Shown here one piece after another: positions 1 to 9,024 of a DNA stretch of 64,000 nucleotides. Below the pieces are notes generated by a model that saw only the letters and a list, made by a program, of their open reading frames with translations, was not told the origin of the DNA and did no database searches. A program made the position numbers and the translations under genes. Positions within the stretch are counted from its first letter, which is position 1; each line of letters begins with the position of its first letter. Location of the stretch: IMG/VR virus record IMGVR_UViG_3300042289_000986, positions 1-64,000 of that record. The stretch is one strand, 5' to 3'.

Positions 1-143
1 CAGCAAGTAGTGATTGGAACACATCTTTCAACAGAAGTACAATCTTGGCAGCAGCAAGTAGTGATTGGAACACATCTTTCAACAGAAGTACAATCTTGGC
101 AGCAGCAAGTAGTGATTGGAACACATCTTTCAACAGAAGTACA
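1..143 (+). repeat. 51-bp coding tandem repeat (LAAASSDWNTSFNRSTI), ~2.8 copies visible
   Basis: Identical units start at 1, 52 and 103. Confidence 0.95.
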
Positions 144-1106
144 TTTTTAACAACAGCAAGTGGCAACTTTTTATTACAAGGGGGTAATACATTTAACGGA
201 GATGTATCTCTTGGTACAACAAATTCAAACAGTTTAATATTTCAAACAAATAATTTACAAAGAGCTATTATAACTAGTTCGGGCAATTTTGGGATCGGTA
301 AATCCAACCCTTCGACAATTCTTGATGTCAATGGCACGGTTACTGCCGTGGGATTTAGCGGCCCTCTGACGGGTAACGTTACAGGAAATTTGACAGGCAC
401 AGCCAGTGACGTAGCTGACAATGCAATAACCAATCTAAAACTTGCAGACAATTCAGTAACCAGTTCAAAAATTCTCAATGGTACAATTGTCAATGCCGAT
501 ATCAACGATTCCGCAGCTATTGCTGGAACGAAGATTACACCGAGTTTTGGTTCACAAGATGTAACTACAAGCGGATCGCTACGCGCATCATCCTCAGTTG
601 ATAATAATGACTTTATCAGAATACGAATGAATAGTGCAGATAATAGCTTCGGTATTATCGAAGCTATGTGGGACAATAATCCGGTTTTACCAGCAAATGT
701 TTGCATAAATCCAAATGGGGGCAACATAGGAATTGCCACTAACAATCCTGTTGCTACTTTAGATATTAATGGATCGATTGGAGAAAGTAAAACAAACATA
801 TTAATTATATCAAACACTCTAACACTTCCTTTAAATACAGCAACCTTTTTTACTGTATCTTTAAATAATAATATTACAACAATGACATTTGTCTCTCCAC
901 CTGCTAATCCCAGAGTATATTCATTTGTGTTACAATTTACAGCCGATGGAACACCAAGAACTGTTGTATGGCCAGTGACAGTGAAATGGACTGGAGGTAT
1001 AGCACCAACATTAACTTCTACAAATGGTAAAGTAGATACTTTTACATTTGTAACTCATGATGGTGGGACTAATTACTTCGGATTTATAAGCGGTCAAAAC
1101 TCATAA
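3..1106 (+). CDS. Tail fibre protein (5' truncated by window)
   Basis: Frame open from base 3. GNFGIG/GNIGIATNNP fibre motifs, ADNAITNLKL repeats and a C-terminal 'WPVTVKWTGGIAPTLT..VDTFTF' tip domain. Confidence 0.75.
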   Translation, partial: ASSDWNTSFNRSTILAAASSDWNTSFNRSTILAAASSDWNTSFNRSTFLTTASGNFLLQGGNTFNGDVSLGTTNSNSLIFQTNNLQRAIITSSGNFGIGKSNPSTILDVNGTVTAVGFSGPLTGNVTGNLTGTASDVADNAITNLKLADNSVTSSKILNGTIVNADINDSAAIAGTKITPSFGSQDVTTSGSLRASSSVDNNDFIRIRMNSADNSFGIIEAMWDNNPVLPANVCINPNGGNIGIATNNPVATLDINGSIGESKTNILIISNTLTLPLNTATFFTVSLNNNITTMTFVSPPANPRVYSFVLQFTADGTPRTVVWPVTVKWTGGIAPTLTSTNGKVDTFTFVTHDGGTNYFGFISGQNS

Positions 1107-1109
1107 AAT

Positions 1110-1574
1110 ATGAAATTATATTGTTACACAGAAGATGGAGAAACAGCAACTGGAGCACAACCGCTTCCGGTAAATTGGCAAAATGTTTCTAATTTTGATT
1201 TACTGGATGACCAAGATTTAAAACAATATGGGTGGTTGCCATATGTACAAGTTTCTGAAAACAAAGAAGTTTTTGTCAGTTCAACGAGAGAAATCTTGGA
1301 AGACAAAGTTGTAGAGACAGTTATTACTAGAGATAAAACACCTGAAGAAATACAAGAACAAGAACAATTCAATTTACAAAATAGATGGAATGAAATCCGC
1401 ACACAAAGAAATAATTTATTAAAAGAATCTGATATATATGTTTTAGTTGACAGGTGGAATAGTATGTCTGTAGAACAACAACAAAGTTGGTCTGAATATA
1501 GACAAGCTTTGAGAAATTTGCCTCAAAGTCATACTAATCCACAAGAAATTATTTTTCCAATTAAGCCAAATTAA
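1110..1574 (+). CDS. Tail fibre assembly chaperone
   Basis: IRTQRNNLLKESD...WSEYRQALRNLPQ motif, directly after the fibre gene. Confidence 0.8.
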   Translation: MKLYCYTEDGETATGAQPLPVNWQNVSNFDLLDDQDLKQYGWLPYVQVSENKEVFVSSTREILEDKVVETVITRDKTPEEIQEQEQFNLQNRWNEIRTQRNNLLKESDIYVLVDRWNSMSVEQQQSWSEYRQALRNLPQSHTNPQEIIFPIKPN

Positions 1575-1576
1575 AT

Positions 1577-4500
1577 ATGGGATTTGTTGCAAGAAAAACT
1601 TTATTAGGCAGGGCATCTACTACACCTAGAATCAATGGTTTTCTTTATGCATGGGGAAATAATAGTTCTGGTCAAATAGGGGCACCTTTACCTGAAGCAT
1701 TAAATGTTCCAGCTGAGGCTTCATGGACTGCTGTTAGTTGTGGTTCCCACACAGTAGCAATTCGTTCTGATGGTCTTTTATTTACTTGGGGAGGTAATAG
1801 TCATGGTCAATTAGGAGATGGTACTAGAGTAAATAAATCATCTCCAGTACAAATAGGAACTAGCACTTGGACTGCTGTTAGTCTTGCGAGTAAACACACA
1901 TTAGCAATACGTTCTGATGGTAGTTTATTTACTTGGGGACGGAACAATTATGGTCAACTAGGTGACGGCACTACTGTAGATAAATCCTCTCCAGTGCAGA
2001 TAGGATCTAGTTCTTGGACTGCTGTTAGTGGTGGTCGTTATAACACAGCAGCCATACGCACTGGTGGTAGTTTATTTATGTGGGGGCTTGGAAATAACGG
2101 TCAATTAGGAGATGGTACTACAGTATCCAAATCTTCTCCGGTACAGATAGGATCTAGTTCTTGGACTGCTGTTAGTTGTGGTAATAACATCATAGCAGCA
2201 ATACGTTTTGGTGGTAGTCTATTTACTTGGGGGGGTTCCGGTGAGGGTGCATTAGGAAACGGTACTACTTTTTCTAGTTCATCTCCGGTACAGATAGGAT
2301 ATAGTACTTGGACTGCTGTTAGTTGTGGATCGTATCATATGGCAGCAATACGTACAGGCGGCAATTTATTTACTTGGGGATGGAACTATTTTGGTCAATT
2401 GGGAGATGGCACTAGAGTAAATAAATCTTCTCCAGTGCAGATAGGGTCTAGTAATTGGACTGCTGTTAGTGGTGGTCATCGACATACAGCAGCAATACGT
2501 TCTGATGGTAGTCTATTTACTTGGGGAGAAAATGGTGGTAAGCTAGGAGATGGTACTTCTGTAAGTAAATCATCTCCAGTGCAAATAGGAACTAGCAGTT
2601 GGACTGCTGTTAGTAGTGGCCTCAATGAAACACTTGCAATACAAACAACAGGGGCCTTACTTGGTTGGGGATGGAACGGTATAGGTGTATTAGGAGATGG
2701 TACTACAGTATCCAAATCTTCTCCAGTAGCAGTAGCTCAAATTCCTTTAAATTGGACTGCTATTAGTGCTGGTTTCAACCATGCAGCAGCAATACGTTCT
2801 GATGGTCGTTTATTTACTTGGGGACGTAATAGTTTGGGTCAACTAGGTGACGGCACTACTGTAGATAAATCCTCTCCAGTACAGATAGGATCTAGTACTT
2901 GGACAGCTGTTGATTGTAAATCTTATCAAGTGGGAGCTATACGTTCTGATGGTCGTTTATTTATGTGGGGGCGTGGAAATTACGGTGCATTGGGTGATGG
3001 TACTTATGCAAATAAATCATCTCCAGTACAAATAGGAACTAGCACTTGGACTGCTGTTAGTTGTGGTGGATCTCACACAGCAGCAATACGTTCTGATGGT
3101 CGTTTATTTACTTGGGGACGAGGTGCTAATGGTCAACTAGGTGACGGCACTACTTTAAATAAACCATCTCCAGTACAGATAGGATCTAGTTCTTGGACTG
3201 CTGTTAGTTGTAGTATTAACCACACAGTAGCCATACGTTCTGGCGGTAGTTTGTTTACCTGGGGGCGTAATAATTACGGTCAACTAGGTGACGGCACTAC
3301 TGTAAACAAATCCTCTCCAGTACAGATAGGAACTAGTTCGTGGACTGCTGTTGGTTGTGGAAGTATTCACACATTAGCAATACGTTCTGATGGTCGTTTA
3401 TTTACTTGGGGACGAGGTGCTAATGGTCAACTAGGTGACGGCACTACTGTAGATAAATCCTCTCCAGTACAGATAGGATCTAGTTCTTGGACTGCTGTTA
3501 GAGGTGGATTCGAACACACAGCAGCCATACGCACTGGTGGTAGTTTATTTACTTGGGGACGAAACGCTCAGGGTCAACTAGGGGATGGTACTACTGTAAA
3601 CAAATCATCTCCAGTACAAATAGGATCTAGTTCATGGACAGCTGTTAGTTGTGGTAGTTACCACACAGCAGCAATACGTTCTGGTGGTAGTTTATTTACT
3701 TGGGGGCGTAATAATTACGGTCAACTAGGTGATGGTACTAAAGTGAATAAGCTATCTCCAACCTCTATTAATATAATTCAGGGTATTCCAGTACAAATAG
3801 GATCTAGTTCTTGGACTGCTGTTAGTTGTGGTGGATCTCACACAGCAGCAATACGTTCTGATGGTCGTTTATTTACTTGGGGAAGTAACATTTATGGTCA
3901 ACTAGGTAATAATTCTACTGTAAATGAATCATCTCCAGTACAGATAGGATCTAGTTCATGGACAGCTGTTAGTTGTGGTTCTAACCACACATTAGCTATC
4001 CGCTCTGGTGGTAGTTTATTTACCTGGGGGAGTAACAATATTGGTCAACTAGGTGATGGCACTACTGTAAACAAATCCTCTCCAGTACAGATAGGAACTA
4101 GTTCGTGGACTGCTGTTAGTGGTGGTGGTAGTCACACAGCAGCTATACGTTCTGATGGTTTTTTATTCACTTGGGGATGGAACAGTCTTGGTCAATTAGG
4201 AAATGGTACTACGGTCTCTAGTTCATCTCCGGTACAGATAGGATCTAGTTCATGGACAGCTGTTGAATGTGGATTCGAACACACAGCAGCAATACGTTCT
4301 GGTGGTAGTTTATTTACTTGGGGACAAAACAGTCTTGGTCAATTAGGAAATGGTACTACTTTTTCTAGTTCATCTCCGGTACAGATAGGATCTAGTACTT
4401 GGACAGCTGTTAGTTGTGGTTCTAACCACACATTAGCAATACGTTCTGGTGGTAGTTTATTTGCTTGGGGGGTTAACAGTTTGGGTCAACTAGGTGATGG

Positions 4501-4744
4501 TAGTACTGTAGGTAAATCATCTCCAGTACAGATAGGATCTAGTACTTGGACTGCTGTTAGAGGTGGAGGACAACACACAGCAGCAATACGTTCTGGTGGT
4601 AGTTTATTCACTTGGGGATGGAACTATTTTGGTCAACTAGGGGATGGTACTAGAGTAAACAAATCCTCTCCAGTACAGATAGGAACTAGTTCGTGGACTG
4701 CTGTTAGTGGTGGTGGTAGTCACACAGCAGCTATACTCAACTAA
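1577..4744 (+). CDS. RCC1/BLIP-II-like repeat beta-propeller protein (21 blades)
   Basis: ~50-aa repeats WTAVSCGxxHTAAIRSDGxLFTWGxNxxGQLGDGTxxNKSSPVQIG. Confidence 0.92.
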   Translation: MGFVARKTLLGRASTTPRINGFLYAWGNNSSGQIGAPLPEALNVPAEASWTAVSCGSHTVAIRSDGLLFTWGGNSHGQLGDGTRVNKSSPVQIGTSTWTAVSLASKHTLAIRSDGSLFTWGRNNYGQLGDGTTVDKSSPVQIGSSSWTAVSGGRYNTAAIRTGGSLFMWGLGNNGQLGDGTTVSKSSPVQIGSSSWTAVSCGNNIIAAIRFGGSLFTWGGSGEGALGNGTTFSSSSPVQIGYSTWTAVSCGSYHMAAIRTGGNLFTWGWNYFGQLGDGTRVNKSSPVQIGSSNWTAVSGGHRHTAAIRSDGSLFTWGENGGKLGDGTSVSKSSPVQIGTSSWTAVSSGLNETLAIQTTGALLGWGWNGIGVLGDGTTVSKSSPVAVAQIPLNWTAISAGFNHAAAIRSDGRLFTWGRNSLGQLGDGTTVDKSSPVQIGSSTWTAVDCKSYQVGAIRSDGRLFMWGRGNYGALGDGTYANKSSPVQIGTSTWTAVSCGGSHTAAIRSDGRLFTWGRGANGQLGDGTTLNKPSPVQIGSSSWTAVSCSINHTVAIRSGGSLFTWGRNNYGQLGDGTTVNKSSPVQIGTSSWTAVGCGSIHTLAIRSDGRLFTWGRGANGQLGDGTTVDKSSPVQIGSSSWTAVRGGFEHTAAIRTGGSLFTWGRNAQGQLGDGTTVNKSSPVQIGSSSWTAVSCGSYHTAAIRSGGSLFTWGRNNYGQLGDGTKVNKLSPTSINIIQGIPVQIGSSSWTAVSCGGSHTAAIRSDGRLFTWGSNIYGQLGNNSTVNESSPVQIGSSSWTAVSCGSNHTLAIRSGGSLFTWGSNNIGQLGDGTTVNKSSPVQIGTSSWTAVSGGGSHTAAIRSDGFLFTWGWNSLGQLGNGTTVSSSSPVQIGSSSWTAVECGFEHTAAIRSGGSLFTWGQNSLGQLGNGTTFSSSSPVQIGSSTWTAVSCGSNHTLAIRSGGSLFAWGVNSLGQLGDGSTVGKSSPVQIGSSTWTAVRGGGQHTAAIRSGGSLFTWGWNYFGQLGDGTRVNKSSPVQIGTSSWTAVSGGGSHTAAILN

Positions 4745-4799
4745 ATTATTTAATATTATTTTTTCTTGATTTAAAAGTAAAATATACTAATATAAGTAT

Positions 4800-5873
4800 A
4801 TGCATCTTATTGATCAGCAGTTAAATTTAATGGTTCGAGGCCGATTTGACGAAGCATGGAAAATAAGCGAAAAATTGGAACAATTAGATCCTGAAGATTT
4901 AAGACACAAATTCAATAGAGGTTGGTTTTTAATTAATCAAGGAAAGTTTCAAGAAGGCTTTCAAAGCTTAGAAGCAGGTAGATTTTTAAAAGTCTACGGA
5001 GACGGATATCCACCGACCACTCAACCTTTATGGAACCAACAAAATTTAAAAAACAAAACAATTATTATTAATCTGGAAGGAGGATTGGGGGATCAAATAA
5101 TACATGCAAGGTTTGCTAAAGATGTTAAACAAAGAGGAGGTAAATGTATATTGTGTTGTGATGCAAGATTACATTCCATATTATCTAGAATAGAAGGTGT
5201 AGAAGGATGTATACAACTAAAAGATATACCATCAACAAAACATCATTATTGGCTTCCAGGTTTTAGTTGTGCATGGGTTTTTGGGCACACCTTTGAAACA
5301 CTACCAAATGATCCATATATACAACCAAATCCGTTAAGTGTTGAACAATGGAAGAATTTAATAAATTCAAAAAAAATTAAAGTTGGTATCAGATGGTCAG
5401 GTAATACAAAATTTGAACATCAACAGTTTAGAATATTTCCACCAGAAAATTTAATTAATTTTTACAAATATAAAGACATACAATTCTATAGTTTGCAAAG
5501 AGATACAGACACAAGAGAATTACCAGAAGATATTGTTGATCTGCAATATTTGCTTATATCTATGGAAGATACGGCTGCTGCAATAGCTAATCTCGATTTG
5601 GTTATAACATCATGTACTAGTATTGCCCACCTTGCATCAGCTATGGGTAAACCGACATGGATTATTGTACCAATACTACCATATCATATTTGGGCTTATG
5701 GGGATGAAACAAGTCCTTGGTATCAAGATACAACAAGAATTTATCGACAACAAAAATTCAGCAATTGGGATAGAACATTTGTTAAACTAGAAAAAGATTT
5801 AGTTAAAAAATTTAATCTAACAACGACAAACAAAAAAGTTAAAAGATTATTACAAAACGAAAAAAATTCTTAA
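4800..5873 (+). CDS. TPR-containing GT9-like glycosyltransferase
   Basis: EGGLGDQI, VGIRWSGN and DTAAAIANLDLVITSCTSIAHLASAMGKPTW motifs. Confidence 0.8.
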   Translation: MHLIDQQLNLMVRGRFDEAWKISEKLEQLDPEDLRHKFNRGWFLINQGKFQEGFQSLEAGRFLKVYGDGYPPTTQPLWNQQNLKNKTIIINLEGGLGDQIIHARFAKDVKQRGGKCILCCDARLHSILSRIEGVEGCIQLKDIPSTKHHYWLPGFSCAWVFGHTFETLPNDPYIQPNPLSVEQWKNLINSKKIKVGIRWSGNTKFEHQQFRIFPPENLINFYKYKDIQFYSLQRDTDTRELPEDIVDLQYLLISMEDTAAAIANLDLVITSCTSIAHLASAMGKPTWIIVPILPYHIWAYGDETSPWYQDTTRIYRQQKFSNWDRTFVKLEKDLVKKFNLTTTNKKVKRLLQNEKNS

Positions 5874-5899
5874 TAGACTGAATACAAAAAAATAAAAAC

Positions 5900-6496
5900 A
5901 TGAAAAAGAAATTTAATAGACTAAACATGGGATGTGGGTTTAAAAAACTCAAAGGTTACTGGAATGTAGATGTATGTGAAAAATGTGAACCTGATGAAGT
6001 GTTTGACTTTGAAGAACTTAAATGGCCTTGGGAAGATAATAGTTTTGAGAGAATTCATGCTAACAATTGTTTAGAACACCTTGGTCAAACCCCTAAAAGT
6101 TTTCTCAATGTTATAAAAGAAATGTACAGAATTAGCAAAGATGGCTGTACATGGGATATAAATGTCCCACACCATCGTTGCGATAATTATTGGAACGACT
6201 TTACCCATGTAAGAGTCATAACCCCTGTTACATTTGCACTTTTCGATCAAGAAAAAAATACAAAATCAATTAAGCAAAATCTTAGCGATAGTGTTTTCGG
6301 TTTAACTTACGATATAGATTTAGAAGTTAAAGATGTTCAATTCCACCTGACTCATCTTTTTAATAATAGAGAAACTAACAATAACACTCATCCATCAGGT
6401 TATCGCCAATTAGATGTTGATTTAAACACTATGGCGAATGTAGCTGAATCAGTTACAATAATTGTTGAAGTACATAAACCGGGCCGAAAAAAATAA
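5900..6496 (+). CDS. SAM-dependent methyltransferase-like protein
   Basis: LNMGCG, NVD, LEHL, EMYRI and DFTH motifs. Confidence 0.75.
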   Translation: MKKKFNRLNMGCGFKKLKGYWNVDVCEKCEPDEVFDFEELKWPWEDNSFERIHANNCLEHLGQTPKSFLNVIKEMYRISKDGCTWDINVPHHRCDNYWNDFTHVRVITPVTFALFDQEKNTKSIKQNLSDSVFGLTYDIDLEVKDVQFHLTHLFNNRETNNNTHPSGYRQLDVDLNTMANVAESVTIIVEVHKPGRKK

Positions 6497-6536
6497 AGTT
6501 GATTTTTTTTTATTTTAGGTTAAATTATATACACAT

Positions 6537-7325
6537 ATGAAAACTTTACATTTTGTAGCAGGATTACCCAGAAGCGGTTCTACTTTTATTATTAATCTTT
6601 TAAAGCAAAATCCGAAATTGGATGGAGCAGCAGTTAGTTCATTGTGTTCTATTTTGTATCAAGCCAATATTAACTGGGATAAACTAGAAGCAAATAGAGA
6701 ATATCCTAATCAAGAAGCAAAAATCAACACCCTGAAAGGAATTTTAGAAGGTTATCATAAAGGATCTAACAAAGATATTATTTTTGATAAAGACAGAATG
6801 TGGGTATCAAAAATATCTCTTCTTGAAGAACTTTTACAAAGAGAAGTTAAAATTTTATGCCCAGTGAGAAATCCTGCTGAAATTCTTTCTTCCTTTGAAA
6901 GAATATACAGGAACAATCCTTTAACCCCTACTGCACCGGAACAAGAAGGAAGACAAACTATAGCATCAAGAGCTTTATATTATTCAGGACCAGAAGGTGT
7001 ATTAGGCATAAGCCACGCTTTAATTAAAGATGCTATTGTTTCTGGCTATTTGGATAGATTGTTGTTTGTTGATTATAACAAATTCTGCAATAATCCAAAA
7101 GCACAAATGAATCGCATTTACGACTTTTTTGAGTTGCCATCATTCAAGCACAATTTTCAAAAAATTGAACAAACAGAGCAGTATAATGATATTGCTACAG
7201 GTCATGTAAATTTACATAAGATTAAACCAGCAGTTGAAAAAACAACCGTAAACTGTGTGGAATATTTAGGACTTGATTTATACGAGCAGTATAATAGAGA
7301 GACATTTTGGGATGCTTGGATTTAA
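6537..7325 (+). CDS. Sulfotransferase family protein
   Basis: GLPRSGST PAPS-binding loop and VRNPAEILSS motif. Confidence 0.85.
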   Translation: MKTLHFVAGLPRSGSTFIINLLKQNPKLDGAAVSSLCSILYQANINWDKLEANREYPNQEAKINTLKGILEGYHKGSNKDIIFDKDRMWVSKISLLEELLQREVKILCPVRNPAEILSSFERIYRNNPLTPTAPEQEGRQTIASRALYYSGPEGVLGISHALIKDAIVSGYLDRLLFVDYNKFCNNPKAQMNRIYDFFELPSFKHNFQKIEQTEQYNDIATGHVNLHKIKPAVEKTTVNCVEYLGLDLYEQYNRETFWDAWI

Positions 7326-7430
7326 TAACGAAAGAATCAAAAATATATATTATCGTTTAAGATAAATTTTGTGTTATTGTGTTAGAATAAATTTTATATT
7401 TAATACTATGTATAAGAAATAAGTAATAAT

Positions 7431-8243
7431 GTGAATTCTCAAACAGTATTAATGTCATTGGCTAGTGCTTCTAGTGGCATACAATTCATTCCTATTGTTA
7501 TTGGTGATGAATTTGATAACATAATAATATTTTCGCCAACTGATAATTCGCCAGTTCCTCTTACTGCCGTAACTCTTGGACAAACATTTTTCAGTCAAAC
7601 AAATATTACAACGTATGCTCCATTTACTTTGACCTTAGATCCATCTGCATTGGATGTTGATAATAAAATTTATAAAATTGAATATAATTTTGGTGATGGT
7701 AATATTATTACTCAAAATTATTATTATTCAAACACAGGTGTTGATACAATGAATTTGGCTTATTCGGCGGAACCAGGCGATCCTCGAAATTACATCAAAC
7801 AAAATACGTTCTTTTTATCTGATACAAATACAAAATACATAACCGTTGAAGTTAAAATATATTCACTAGGATTTAGTGATTTTAAACAATACTTTGTTAA
7901 TCTTGTATTAGATCCCCCAAATTTAGATGGTAATATTTCTGAAAATAGATATTTTGAAAATCTTCATTTAATTTCTACAAGAATGTTTGGACCTGATGAT
8001 AAGATATTTTATGTATTTGAAAGTGATGTTCCAAATTATCTTTTACCTGCATTGGTTAAGTGGGAAAATAAAGAAGAAAACACCAACATTAATATACAAA
8101 GTAATCAATTTCGACCATATAAATTATTACAACCTTTTGAAAAAGAAGATGTTACAAGTGTTGAAACCAAAGTACCAATTTCCTTTGTTTCTCCACAAAC
8201 GCCAAACACAAATATTGCTGACATAGGAATGGATGACATATGA
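7431..8243 (+). CDS. Putative virion structural protein (PKD-like YNFGDG)
   Basis: ORF in the tail module with a YNFGDG motif. Confidence 0.5.
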   Translation: MNSQTVLMSLASASSGIQFIPIVIGDEFDNIIIFSPTDNSPVPLTAVTLGQTFFSQTNITTYAPFTLTLDPSALDVDNKIYKIEYNFGDGNIITQNYYYSNTGVDTMNLAYSAEPGDPRNYIKQNTFFLSDTNTKYITVEVKIYSLGFSDFKQYFVNLVLDPPNLDGNISENRYFENLHLISTRMFGPDDKIFYVFESDVPNYLLPALVKWENKEENTNINIQSNQFRPYKLLQPFEKEDVTSVETKVPISFVSPQTPNTNIADIGMDDI

Positions 8244-8968
8244 GTTTATATAATCAAGATCAAACAACCGGAAAACTTTGGTTAAGAAACGTTATTGGAA
8301 ATATTGATAGTGCGAATAACGTTTTGTCGGCCATATATGAAAAATATTCAGAAGAAACTCAATTTTATAATGAATTAATTAATAATGAAATTTATAGATT
8401 TGATGTTTTTTATGATTGTGTTTTTATTGAAACAGAAAGTGGGTGTTTTTTTGAAAAAATAAATGTTGATGAAAATTTTTCGCTTCTTCCATATACTAAA
8501 TTTTTCTTTTATAACCCAAGAAAAACAACACCCGTTGATTATTGGTTTGATGAAGTTCAAAATAAAGTGTTTTTTATTGAAATTCAATATGAATCTATTC
8601 TCAATCAAAATTTTAAATTTATATTATATTTTTATGAATTTGATTTAATAACAGGAATTACCAATTTAAAATTAAAAAATAGAATCAATTTAAAATTTAA
8701 AAATTCTGAAATTTGGTCAGATTTTACACCAGAAATTGAAAAACCAAAATTAGCATATAATATTGACACCAAAAATTATAATGTTTCCTTTGTGTTTCGC
8801 GGAAAAGAAAGAGAATTTGCTCTTTTAAGTATTATGCTTCGAAAAGAAGCAGATTTTATAGTATCAAAAATTGATGGAATTGCGCCATTTATAACATTAG
8901 ATCCAGAAAATTCGACATTTTATTCAATTTTAGAGAATGATCCAGAAGCAACAAGCTTTGCAGCATAA
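8240..8968 (+). CDS. Hypothetical virion-module protein
   Basis: ATGA overlap with the upstream gene. Confidence 0.6.
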   Translation: MSLYNQDQTTGKLWLRNVIGNIDSANNVLSAIYEKYSEETQFYNELINNEIYRFDVFYDCVFIETESGCFFEKINVDENFSLLPYTKFFFYNPRKTTPVDYWFDEVQNKVFFIEIQYESILNQNFKFILYFYEFDLITGITNLKLKNRINLKFKNSEIWSDFTPEIEKPKLAYNIDTKNYNVSFVFRGKEREFALLSIMLRKEADFIVSKIDGIAPFITLDPENSTFYSILENDPEATSFAA

Positions 8969-9024
8969 ACTATTTTCACCCAAACTTAATCTTATTTCAA
9001 GATTAAGAAATAAATATTATAAAG

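Noticed and set aside
1577-4744. DGR template/variable repeat pair within the RCC1 gene
   Set aside because: Differences are not adenine-restricted by eye, all copies are in-frame coding, and there is no reverse transcriptase in the window.
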